Source: a plasmid. From it: a stretch of 64,000 bases of DNA. The notes under the pieces are model-generated. The model saw only the letters and a program-made list of their open reading frames with translations, made no database searches and was not told where the DNA came from. A program made the position numbers and the translations under genes. Below, in pieces: positions 8,658 to 18,491 of the stretch. Position 1 is the stretch's first letter. Each line of letters begins with the position of its first letter. The DNA is taken from assembly GCF_054482595.1 (NCBI RefSeq), contig NZ_JBTHVH010000004.1; one strand, written 5' to 3'.

Positions 8658-9447
8658 ATTTGCCGATTACCTTGGTGATCTCGCCTTTCACGTAGTGGAC
8701 AAATTCTTCCAACTGATCTGCGCGCGAGGCCAAGCGATCTTCTTCTTGTCCAAGATAAGCCTGTCTAGCTTCAAGTATGACGGGCTGATACTGGGCCGGC
8801 AGGCGCTCCATTGCCCAGTCGGCAGCGACATCCTTCGGCGCGATTTTGCCGGTTACTGCGCTGTACCAAATGCGGGACAACGTAAGCACTACATTTCGCT
8901 CATCGCCAGCCCAGTCGGGCGGCGAGTTCCATAGCGTTAAGGTTTCATTTAGCGCCTCAAATAGATCCTGTTCAGGAACCGGATCAAAGAGTTCCTCCGC
9001 CGCTGGACCTACCAAGGCAACGCTATGTTCTCTTGCTTTTGTCAGCAAGATAGCCAGATCAATGTCGATCGTGGCTGGCTCGAAGATACCTGCAAGAATG
9101 TCATTGCGCTGCCATTCTCCAAATTGCAGTTCGCGCTTAGCTGGATAACGCCACGGAATGATGTCGTCGTGCACAACAATGGTGACTTCTACAGCGCGGA
9201 GAATCTCGCTCTCTCCAGGGGAAGCCGAAGTTTCCAAAAGGTCGTTGATCAAAGCTCGCCGCGTTGTTTCATCAAGCCTTACGGTCACCGTAACCAGCAA
9301 ATCAATATCGCTGTATGGCTTCAGGCCGCCATCCACTGCGGAGCCGTACAAATGCACGGCCAGCAACGTTGATTCCAGATGGCGCTCAATGACGCTTAGC
9401 ACCTCTGATAGTTGGTTCGAAATTTCGATGGTCACCGCTACCCTCAT
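8656..9447 (-). CDS. aadA2: Aminoglycoside (3'')(9) adenylyltransferase AadA2
   Basis: MRVAVTIEISNQLSEVLSVIERHLESTLLAVHLYGSAVDGGLKPYSDIDLL…GEITKVIGK. The 336-aa ORF in the track is an upstream extension through attI1. Confidence 0.92.
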   Translation of the reverse strand: MRVAVTIEISNQLSEVLSVIERHLESTLLAVHLYGSAVDGGLKPYSDIDLLVTVTVRLDETTRRALINDLLETSASPGESEILRAVEVTIVVHDDIIPWRYPAKRELQFGEWQRNDILAGIFEPATIDIDLAILLTKAREHSVALVGPAAEELFDPVPEQDLFEALNETLTLWNSPPDWAGDERNVVLTLSRIWYSAVTGKIAPKDVAADWAMERLPAQYQPVILEARQAYLGQEEDRLASRADQLEEFVHYVKGEITKVIGK

Positions 9448-9716
9448 GATGTCTAACTTTGTTTTAGGGCGACTGCCCTGCTGCGTAACATCGTTGCTGC
9501 TCCATAACATCAAACATCGACCCACGGCGTAACGCGCTTGCTGCTTGGATGCCCGAGGCATAGACTGTACCCCAAAAAAACAGTCATAACAAGCCATGAA
9601 AACCGCCACTGCGCCGTTACCACCGCTGCGTTCGGTCAAGGTTCTGGACCAGTTGCGTGAGCGCATACGCTACTTGCATTACAGCTTACGAACCGAACAG
9701 GCTTATGTCCACTGGG
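9448..9716 (-). promoter_or_regulatory. Class 1 integron attI1 with P2 (active, GGG insertion) and PcW promoters
   Basis: P2 reads TTGTTA-17 nt-TACAGT (9564..9592) with the GGG insertion. PcW reads TGGACA-17 nt-TAAGCT (9683..9711). Both are on the minus strand, reading into aadA2. Confidence 0.85.
9596..9716 (+). pseudogene. intI1: intI1, first ~40 codons only, truncated by IS26
   Basis: atgaaaaccgccactgcgccg… encodes [40 protein letters not shown] and then runs into the IS26 IR at 9717. Confidence 0.9.
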
Positions 9717-10536
9717 GGCACTGTTGCAAATAGTCGGTGGTGATAAACTTATCATCCCCTTTTGCTGATGGAGCTGCACATGAACCCATTCAAAGGCCGG
9801 CATTTTCAGCGTGACATCATTCTGTGGGCCGTACGCTGGTACTGCAAATACGGCATCAGTTACCGTGAGCTGCAGGAGATGCTGGCTGAACGCGGAGTGA
9901 ATGTCGATCACTCCACGATTTACCGCTGGGTTCAGCGTTATGCGCCTGAAATGGAAAAACGGCTGCGCTGGTACTGGCGTAACCCTTCCGATCTTTGCCC
10001 GTGGCACATGGATGAAACCTACGTGAAGGTCAATGGCCGCTGGGCGTATCTGTACCGGGCCGTCGACAGCCGGGGCCGCACTGTCGATTTTTATCTCTCC
10101 TCCCGTCGTAACAGCAAAGCTGCATACCGGTTTCTGGGTAAAATCCTCAACAACGTGAAGAAGTGGCAGATCCCGCGATTCATCAACACGGATAAAGCGC
10201 CCGCCTATGGTCGCGCGCTTGCTCTGCTCAAACGCGAAGGCCGGTGCCCGTCTGACGTTGAACACCGACAGATTAAGTACCGGAACAACGTGATTGAATG
10301 CGATCATGGCAAACTGAAACGGATAATCGGCGCCACGCTGGGATTTAAATCCATGAAGACGGCTTACGCCACCATCAAAGGTATTGAGGTGATGCGTGCA
10401 CTACGCAAAGGCCAGGCCTCAGCATTTTATTATGGTGATCCCCTGGGCGAAATGCGCCTGGTAAGCAGAGTTTTTGAAATGTAAGGCCTTTGAATAAGAC
10501 AAAAGGCTGCCTCATCGCTAACTTTGCAACAGTGCC
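9717..10536 (+). mobile_element. IS26 copy 2 (820 bp)
   Basis: Both IRs are intact. The flanks ccactggg / gtaaaggc show no duplication. Confidence 0.97.
9780..10484 (+). CDS. tnpA: IS26 transposase
   Basis: Identical 234-aa Tnp26. Confidence 0.97.
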   Translation: MNPFKGRHFQRDIILWAVRWYCKYGISYRELQEMLAERGVNVDHSTIYRWVQRYAPEMEKRLRWYWRNPSDLCPWHMDETYVKVNGRWAYLYRAVDSRGRTVDFYLSSRRNSKAAYRFLGKILNNVKKWQIPRFINTDKAPAYGRALALLKREGRCPSDVEHRQIKYRNNVIECDHGKLKRIIGATLGFKSMKTAYATIKGIEVMRALRKGQASAFYYGDPLGEMRLVSRVFEM

Positions 10537-10964
10537 GTAAAGGCGGCCTTATCCACCATTTCCCGAACAAGCAGGCGCTAATATTCGCCCTGTTCGCGCG
10601 TCTGCTGGCAATCATGGAAGAAGCGATTACCGCGCTGATGCAACAGGATGGCGTGAGCTATGGCCGGTTTACCCGCGCCTATCTGAACTATCTGGCGGAT
10701 CTCACGGACACCCATGAAAGCCGCCAGCTTATGGTTTTGTCGCTGGCAATGCCCGATGAACCGGTGCTGCGCAAATGCTGGCGCGACTGGATGCTGGAGA
10801 AACTGGCGCAGGGCGATGAGCTGGATAACAGCCCAACCGGCACGCTGGTGCGCTACGCCGCTGACGGCATCTGGCTTTCGGAGTTGACGGAAGGGATCAC
10901 CATGAGCGCCGACCACCGTCGCGCGCTGGTTGACTCCCTGAATAAAATGACGCTTCCCGCGTGA
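10537..10964 (+). pseudogene. TetR/AcrR-family regulator, C-terminal part only (orf3 of the fosA3 module)
   Basis: …GGLIHHFPNKQALIFALFARLL… is the end of the HTH region followed by the ligand domain. The apparent start codon lies inside IS26. Confidence 0.7.
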
Positions 10965-10983
10965 AGCACAGACTGAGGCCGCG

Positions 10984-11772
10984 ATGCGCTACAACATCAA
11001 TGCCCGTTTTATCTACGACGCCACCGACGGAACCCTGACGCTGCCGCAAAGCGATGAACCGGACAGCCAGCTATCCCTCACCGCCAGCGCCCTGTTTAAC
11101 TATTTTCTGCGCCATACCGAGATTGTCAGCCGGGAAGATGTTCTGAAAAAAGTCTGGGATGACAATGGATTAACCTCATCCAACAGCAATCTGAATCAGT
11201 ATCTCAGCATGCTGCGGAAGACCTTTCGCCATTACGGCGTCGATAACATCATCGTCACCGTCTCGCGCGGCTATTTGCAGCTTAATCCCGAGGTCATTAT
11301 CGAAGCGCTGGACGACGCGCCGCCGGTTTCACCACAACAGACGCCTGCCGAACCGCCGCCCGTTACGACAACGCCAGACGCACCGCGCTCCGCACATGCT
11401 CGCGGGATGTGCTGGTACATGGCCGGAGCCTGCTTGCTCACCATTGCCCTGCTTCTGGTTGCCTTCAGTCTGGTCGGCATCAGTGAATCCCAGCCTATCG
11501 CGCTGACCCGCCTCAGCCATAGCCAGTGCGAACTGCTGGCCAGCGATGAAATGCGACGTTCGGTCAGTGAAGAGTCCTACGGCAAAAACTTCGATGAGGT
11601 ACGCCAGCGGCTGAATATTGCCTGTAAACCCGGTGAACGTTTTCTTTTCTTCTACGGCGATCGGCTCGAAACCAACGGGCTGGGGCGCGTGTTCCTTGCC
11701 CACTGCGCCATGCATGAAGATAACCCGTTCAGCTATTGCGATAACTACTTTTACTACTCCTGGAAGCCGTAA
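10984..11772 (+). CDS. CadC/ToxR-like membrane-anchored winged-helix regulator
   Basis: It has an N-terminal OmpR/CadC-type wHTH (…LSMLRKTFRHYGVDNIIVTVSRGYLQL), a Pro-rich linker, one TM segment (WYMAGACLLTIALLLVAFSLV) and a C-terminal periplasmic domain. Confidence 0.6.
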   Translation: MRYNINARFIYDATDGTLTLPQSDEPDSQLSLTASALFNYFLRHTEIVSREDVLKKVWDDNGLTSSNSNLNQYLSMLRKTFRHYGVDNIIVTVSRGYLQLNPEVIIEALDDAPPVSPQQTPAEPPPVTTTPDAPRSAHARGMCWYMAGACLLTIALLLVAFSLVGISESQPIALTRLSHSQCELLASDEMRRSVSEESYGKNFDEVRQRLNIACKPGERFLFFYGDRLETNGLGRVFLAHCAMHEDNPFSYCDNYFYYSWKP

Positions 11773-12290
11773 TGAGACTCGCGCCGCGTCCGTTCTTTGC
11801 CCTCTGCGTTCTGGTATTTATTGCCGCCGCCGCGTTTAGCGCCTGGCGGCTGCTGCCTGCCGACAACGCGGGTGTCATGAGCTGTTCCACTAAGGGCATC
11901 ATGCGCTTTGAGAACATGGACAAAGAGAACGTTAACGGCAATATTCACTTCAATTTTGGCGCGCAGGGTAAAGGCTCGATGGTGGTCGAAGGTTACACCG
12001 ACTCCGCCGCCGGCTGGCTCTACCTGCAACGCTACGTGAAGTTTACCTACAGCAGCAAACGCATCTCGGCCACCGAGCGTCATTACCGCATCAATCAGTG
12101 GGAATCGAGCGCCTCCTCGATTGATGAATCGCCGAACGTGATTTTCGACTACTTTATGCGCGAGATGTCCGACAGCCACGACGGGCTGTTTCTCAACGCT
12201 CAGAAGCTCAACGAAAAGGCTATCTTGCTCAGCTCTATCAATTCACCGCTGTGGATCTGCACGTTGAAATCCGGCAGTAAGCTGAACTAA
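11772..12290 (+). CDS. Hypothetical exported/membrane protein
   Basis: 172-aa ORF with an N-terminal hydrophobic segment. Its start overlaps the upstream stop (TAATG). Confidence 0.5.
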   Translation: MRLAPRPFFALCVLVFIAAAAFSAWRLLPADNAGVMSCSTKGIMRFENMDKENVNGNIHFNFGAQGKGSMVVEGYTDSAAGWLYLQRYVKFTYSSKRISATERHYRINQWESSASSIDESPNVIFDYFMREMSDSHDGLFLNAQKLNEKAILLSSINSPLWICTLKSGSKLN

Positions 12291-12294
12291 CCCG

Positions 12295-12711
12295 TCAATC
12301 AAAAAAGACCATCCCCTTGTAGGGGCGTTCGCGACAGGCGGCCAGCCGCTGCGCCAGATTCCCCACATGCAGCTCCAGCTTATGGCCGTCAGGGTCGAGA
12401 AAATAGTAAGACGCCCCTTCACTGCGGTTATCTTTCCATACCTCAGCCCCCGCCTGCGCCAGCAGAGCCACCACCCCGGCAAACTCTTCTTCCGCCACGC
12501 TGAAGGCGTAGTGGGTATAGTCGCTTTCCTGAGGGGGCGTTTTACGCCGCTGCTCATCCAGCGACAAGCACAGCCACAGCGCCCCACAGGAGAGATAGGC
12601 TCCGCTATCCCAGCTGGCGTGCAGGCGCATTCCAGGTAACTGCTGATAAAATGCCAGGCTTGACGCCAGATCGCTGACCGCCAGCGTCAGATGATTCAAT
12701 CCCTGCAGCAT
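12295..12711 (-). CDS. fosA3: Fosfomycin glutathione transferase FosA3
   Basis: 138 aa, [56 protein letters not shown]…PYKGMVFFD. It sits in the IS26-bounded arrangement known for fosA3. Confidence 0.92.
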   Translation of the reverse strand: MLQGLNHLTLAVSDLASSLAFYQQLPGMRLHASWDSGAYLSCGALWLCLSLDEQRRKTPPQESDYTHYAFSVAEEEFAGVVALLAQAGAEVWKDNRSEGASYYFLDPDGHKLELHVGNLAQRLAACRERPYKGMVFFD

Positions 12712-13033
12712 GACTTTTCCTCCCGTTATCAAACCCTGTTGTAAACTGTGATCGGCGACGCATCCCCTCCCGGCCTCACCTCATCACCGGCTAAAAAGCG
12801 CATTTTTTGCGTTTAGCCTGCCATCGGAAACCTGCGCCTCGCCACACTAATCCCCGCTCTATGTTACCCCTTTTTTGAAATCATTTAGCAATCCAATAAC
12901 ATTTCATCCCCCCGGAAAAAGCGGGCTAAAAATCGCCTTATTGAAGACCAAATCAGCACCGACATTACAGCATAAAGACATAAATAAACGCCCTAAAAAG
13001 ACTAAATCACAGAGCTATATCCTAAATAATTAC

Positions 13034-14594
<1,561 letters not shown>

Positions 14595-14703
14595 CTGTCA
14601 GACCAAGTTTACTCATATATACTTTAGATTGATTTAAAACTTCATTTTTAATTTAAAAGGATCTAGGTGAAGATCCTTTTTGATAATCTCATGACCAAAA
14701 TCC

Positions 14704-14741
14704 CTTAACGTGAGTTTTCGTTCCACTGAGCGTCAGACCCC
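14704..14741. repeat. Tn2/Tn3 right-end 38-bp IR (outer end at 14741)
   Basis: Reverse complement reads GGGGTCTGACGCTCAGTGGAACGAAAACTCACGTTAAG. Confidence 0.9.
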
Positions 14742-15355
14742 GTATATCGCTTGCTGATTACGTGCAGCTTTCCCTTCAGGCGGGATTCATACAGCGGCCA
14801 GCCATCCGTCATCCATATCACCACGTCAAAGGGTGACAGCAGGCTCAGAAGACGCTCCAGTGTGGCCAGAGTGCGTTCACCGAAAACGTGCGCCACAACT
14901 GTCCTCCGTATCCTGTCATACGCGTAAAACAGCCAGCGCTGACGTGATTTAGCACCGACGTAGCCCCACTGTTCGTCCATTTCAGCGCAGACAATCACAT
15001 CACTGCCCGGTTGTATGCGCGAGGTTACCGACTGCGGCCTGAGTTTTTTAAGTGACGTAAAACCGTGTTGAGGCCAACGCCCATAATGCGGGCAGTTGCC
15101 CGGCATCCAACGCCATTCATGGCCATATCAATGATTTTCTGGTGCGTACCGGGTTGAGAAGCGGTGTAAGTGAACTGCAGTTGCCATGTTTTACGGCAGT
15201 GAGAGCAGAGATAGCGCTGGTGTCCGGCAGTGCTTTTGCCGTTACGCACCACCCCGTCAGTAGCTGAACAGGAGGGACAGCTGATAGAAACAGAAGCCAC
15301 TGGAGCACCTCAAAAACACCATCATACACTAAATCAGTAAGTTGGCAGCATCACC
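14742..15355 (-). mobile_element. IS1 variant, truncated (614 bp; lacks ~154 bp of the insB end)
   Basis: It is collinear with IS1 at 5442..6055 but carries scattered substitutions, so it is a different IS1 isoform. It was interrupted by the Tn2 end. Confidence 0.9.
15025..15300 (-). CDS. insA: IS1 InsA (in the truncated copy)
   Basis: 91-aa ORF differing by one residue from the insA at 5725..6000. Confidence 0.85.
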   Translation of the reverse strand: MASVSISCPSCSATDGVVRNGKSTAGHQRYLCSHCRKTWQLQFTYTASQPGTHQKIIDMAMNGVGCRATARIMGVGLNTVLRHLKNSGRSR

Positions 15356-15401
15356 CGATGCAGCTTTCGTCAATCATGACAGTTATGAGTTTTCCGGTTA
15401 C

Positions 15402-15725
15402 TTATCCATTTTTGCCAGCGTGTTCCGCAACATCTGTTTTACTGTTTACACAGCACTCTTCACGTAAGAATTCGATGATAGCTTCCAGTATTTCGTATTG
15501 AGAGACACACATGAGCGTTCGACTCTCCCGGTTTTGTGTGACGAGCCCTACTGATACCAGGGCTGAAATATGATGACTTAACGTTGATGAGGGAATGCCA
15601 AGCTGCTTTTGCAATTCACCTACAGGCAAACCTTGTTCTCCAGCTTTTACAAGATGTTTGAATATGAACAAACGGGTCGGGTGACCCAGCTCTTTTAGTG
15701 CTTTAGCTACTTCTTCCAGTTGCAT
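15402..15725 (-). CDS. ArsR/SmtB-family metalloregulator
   Basis: 107 aa containing …LGHPTRLFIFKHLVKAGEQGLPVGELQKQLGIPSSTLSHHISALVSVGLV…, with C-terminal cysteines (EECCVN). Confidence 0.8.
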   Translation of the reverse strand: MQLEEVAKALKELGHPTRLFIFKHLVKAGEQGLPVGELQKQLGIPSSTLSHHISALVSVGLVTQNRESRTLMCVSQYEILEAIIEFLREECCVNSKTDVAEHAGKNG

Positions 15726-15745
15726 GTGACAACCCTCTGTCTAAT

Positions 15746-15803
15746 GATATTTCGATAATACCAGAAATATCTTGACCAGAATTATATTTCGATTATTCTA
15801 GAA
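15746..15803. promoter_or_regulatory. Two tandem ArsR-type operator-like repeats in the divergent promoter region
   Basis: ATATTTCGATAATACCAGAAATAT (15746..15769; 7-bp arms ATATTTC/GAAATAT) is repeated as ATATTTCGATTATTCTAGAAA (15783..15803). Confidence 0.55.
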
Positions 15804-15830
15804 ACGTAGATTTTGTCAAGAGGGTTTAGT

Positions 15831-16964
15831 ATGAATAGTTGGATTTCTATGCTGCAAGATGCCGCAGAGATGTTTTTGTTTTTGGCCGTCGAGCTATCTT
15901 TGCTGTTTATTGTCATCAGTGCCGGTGTGAGCCTGATAAGGCAAAAGGTCCCGGACCATAAAATCCAGCAATTGATAGGGGCGAAAAAAGGAAAAGGCTA
16001 CCTGCTGGCCTCGTTGTTGGGAGCCGTTACCCCTTTCTGTAGTTGCTCAACAATTCCAATGCTACGAGGGTTGTTGTCGGCGAAAGCAGGGTTTGGTCCG
16101 ACACTCACTTTTTTGTTTGTTTCACCGTTGCTTAATCCCATTATCGTGGGGTTAATGTGGGTTACCTTTGGCTGGAAAGTAACTTTGTTGTACGCGATCA
16201 TCGCTGCCGGTGTCTCAGTCCTTGCCAGTATCGTATTGGATTTACTAGGATTTGAACGTCATATTGTTGATCACAAAAACTCAGCATCAAGTGGTTGCAC
16301 CACGAAATGCGATGATTCCGAAGCTTCGGTAAAAACGTCGGCGGGTTCCAGTTGTTGCAGCACTAGCTCGACTCAATTGCCTTTAAAAACGAGTTGCTGT
16401 ACTTCATCAGCGAACCCCATAATTAACTTAAGGACGGTAAAGAACGAGCAGAACGTATCAGCGTGTTGTTCATCAATATCATCTGAACAACCAGCTGTTA
16501 GCTGTTGCAGCAGCGAGAATCTGGGCAATGTGAATCTCACAACGAATACCACCTCTGGCCCAATAAAGTTAGCTATGAAAGATGCCTTACAGCAGTTTAA
16601 GGATGTTCTGCCTTATCTTTTGTTAAGTGTATTAATAGGTTCATTTATTTATGGCTTTATCCCTTCAGAGTGGATTGCAGCTCATGCCGGAGCAGATAAT
16701 CCCTTAGCCATACCGCTGAGTGCAGTTGTTGGTATTCCGTTGTATATCCGCGCAGAGGCAGTGATACCACTTGCATCAGTGCTGATGACTAAAGGAATGG
16801 GCCTGGGGGCATTAATGGCCTTGATAATCGGTAGTGCTGGAGCGAGTTTGACAGAAGTAATACTGCTTAAATCAATGTTCAGAATGCCTATGATAGTCGC
16901 TTTTCTGACAGTAATCCTGGGTATGGCCATACTTATGGGGTATCTGACCCAATTGCTTTTTTAA
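15831..16964 (+). CDS. COG0701/ArsP-like permease with a Cys/Ser-rich central loop
   Basis: It is a polytopic membrane protein with the vicinal-cysteine motif TPFCSCS. The central ~80-aa loop carries four CC dipeptides. The start is taken at MNSWISML, which follows an AGAGGG. Confidence 0.65.
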   Translation: MNSWISMLQDAAEMFLFLAVELSLLFIVISAGVSLIRQKVPDHKIQQLIGAKKGKGYLLASLLGAVTPFCSCSTIPMLRGLLSAKAGFGPTLTFLFVSPLLNPIIVGLMWVTFGWKVTLLYAIIAAGVSVLASIVLDLLGFERHIVDHKNSASSGCTTKCDDSEASVKTSAGSSCCSTSSTQLPLKTSCCTSSANPIINLRTVKNEQNVSACCSSISSEQPAVSCCSSENLGNVNLTTNTTSGPIKLAMKDALQQFKDVLPYLLLSVLIGSFIYGFIPSEWIAAHAGADNPLAIPLSAVVGIPLYIRAEAVIPLASVLMTKGMGLGALMALIIGSAGASLTEVILLKSMFRMPMIVAFLTVILGMAILMGYLTQLLF

Positions 16965-16980
16965 TAATAATAGTAAGGGT

Positions 16981-16988
16981 CTTCTGGT
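16981..16988. repeat. 8-bp target-site duplication of IS26 copy 4 (partner at 17809..17816)
   Basis: cttctggt lies immediately on both sides of the IS. Confidence 0.85.
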
Positions 16989-17808
16989 GGCACTGTTGCA
17001 AATAGTCGGTGGTGATAAACTTATCATCCCCTTTTGCTGATGGAGCTGCACATGAACCCATTCAAAGGCCGGCATTTTCAGCGTGACATCATTCTGTGGG
17101 CCGTACGCTGGTACTGCAAATACGGCATCAGTTACCGTGAGCTGCAGGAGATGCTGGCTGAACGCGGAGTGAATGTCGATCACTCCACGATTTACCGCTG
17201 GGTTCAGCGTTATGCGCCTGAAATGGAAAAACGGCTGCGCTGGTACTGGCGTAACCCTTCCGATCTTTGCCCGTGGCACATGGATGAAACCTACGTGAAG
17301 GTCAATGGCCGCTGGGCGTATCTGTACCGGGCCGTCGACAGCCGGGGCCGCACTGTCGATTTTTATCTCTCCTCCCGTCGTAACAGCAAAGCTGCATACC
17401 GGTTTCTGGGTAAAATCCTCAACAACGTGAAGAAGTGGCAGATCCCGCGATTCATCAACACGGATAAAGCGCCCGCCTATGGTCGCGCGCTTGCTCTGCT
17501 CAAACGCGAAGGCCGGTGCCCGTCTGACGTTGAACACCGACAGATTAAGTACCGGAACAACGTGATTGAATGCGATCATGGCAAACTGAAACGGATAATC
17601 GGCGCCACGCTGGGATTTAAATCCATGAAGACGGCTTACGCCACCATCAAAGGTATTGAGGTGATGCGTGCACTACGCAAAGGCCAGGCCTCAGCATTTT
17701 ATTATGGTGATCCCCTGGGCGAAATGCGCCTGGTAAGCAGAGTTTTTGAAATGTAAGGCCTTTGAATAAGACAAAAGGCTGCCTCATCGCTAACTTTGCA
17801 ACAGTGCC
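16989..17808 (+). mobile_element. IS26 copy 4 (820 bp), the only copy with a direct 8-bp duplication
   Basis: Both IRs are intact and flanked by cttctggt on each side. Confidence 0.97.
17052..17756 (+). CDS. tnpA: IS26 transposase
   Basis: Identical 234-aa Tnp26. Confidence 0.97.
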   Translation: MNPFKGRHFQRDIILWAVRWYCKYGISYRELQEMLAERGVNVDHSTIYRWVQRYAPEMEKRLRWYWRNPSDLCPWHMDETYVKVNGRWAYLYRAVDSRGRTVDFYLSSRRNSKAAYRFLGKILNNVKKWQIPRFINTDKAPAYGRALALLKREGRCPSDVEHRQIKYRNNVIECDHGKLKRIIGATLGFKSMKTAYATIKGIEVMRALRKGQASAFYYGDPLGEMRLVSRVFEM

Positions 17809-17919
17809 CTTCTGGTTTCATGTTGAACAAAGAAGACCCTTTAGCTTCTGTAATCCATTTAATCAGTCTGAATGAAATAGATTATAAATTCTGCTCTGCA
17901 TACCTGCTTAACCAAAGTC

Positions 17920-18324
17920 TCATGATTCTGATTGTCGGTACAGTGCCTGAATGTGGCATATCTGGGAGGTGCTGTACCCTGTTGCATCTGCCGTTTCTTT
18001 CTTGACCTGCCGGTAGTAAAGTACCTTTTGATGCCGTTCCTGAGCGACCTGTTTTCCCTGATATTTACCCAGCGTATGTGCGAGTTCAACTCCCTGCTTT
18101 TGGCGCTGGCGGTCAATTTGCTCGACCAGCAAAATATCATTGCGGTGACTGTCCATCAGTAAGCGACCCAGTTCCGGTCGGTCAAGTTTTGTACCGCTGA
18201 TATTCTCCCGGTAGTAACTGGCTATTTTATGCCCCCGCTCCTAAACAAACTGCTCCAGCATCTCTTTTGCCCGATCGGTGAACTGATCTTCCGTCTATGC
18301 CCTTAAATAAGTGCTGATGAACAT
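17920..18324 (-). pseudogene. tnpR: Serine resolvase (tnpR) pseudogene of a Tn3-family element
   Basis: My translation gives MFISTYLRA*TEDQFTDRAKEMLEQFV*ERGHKIASYYRENISGTKLDRPELGRLLMDSHRNDILLVEQIDR-QRQKQGVELAHTLGKYQGKQ… An amber codon sits at the catalytic Ser position (18295..18297) and a second stop lies at 18241..18243. About 50 aa appear to be missing after EQIDR. Confidence 0.75.
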
Positions 18325-18491
18325 TTTTTCACCGCATTACCGCATTTAGGTTATTGCATTTAATCTATCGCATATAGGCTATGTCGTTCATTGTGTGCCG
18401 TCACGTTTAGATTATGGTGTCAGGGTATACCCTTATGCGATAACCATTTTTGTTAAAAATAACGCATCGAATAATTTATGAGGAAAACTAT
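18325..18491. promoter_or_regulatory. res-like divergent region between tnpR and tnpA
   Basis: The region is AT-rich, with the 9-bp inverted pair TATCGCATA (18366..18374) / TATGCGATA (18434..18442) and several further CGCAT-containing half-sites. Confidence 0.45.

Noticed and set aside
8656-9666. A 336-aa ORF (and the 231-aa ORF at 43155..43850) suggesting long N-terminal extensions of aadA2 and arr.
   Set aside because: The extensions ([20 protein letters not shown]…) are translations of attI1 and the 5'-CS. The cassette genes start at the internal MRVAV and MVKDW methionines.
17796-18162. Several 69-93-aa ORFs on both strands right of IS26 copy 4.
   Set aside because: They are pieces or antisense frames of the broken resolvase gene. 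The minus-strand pieces join into one tnpR reading frame once the two stop codons are read through.
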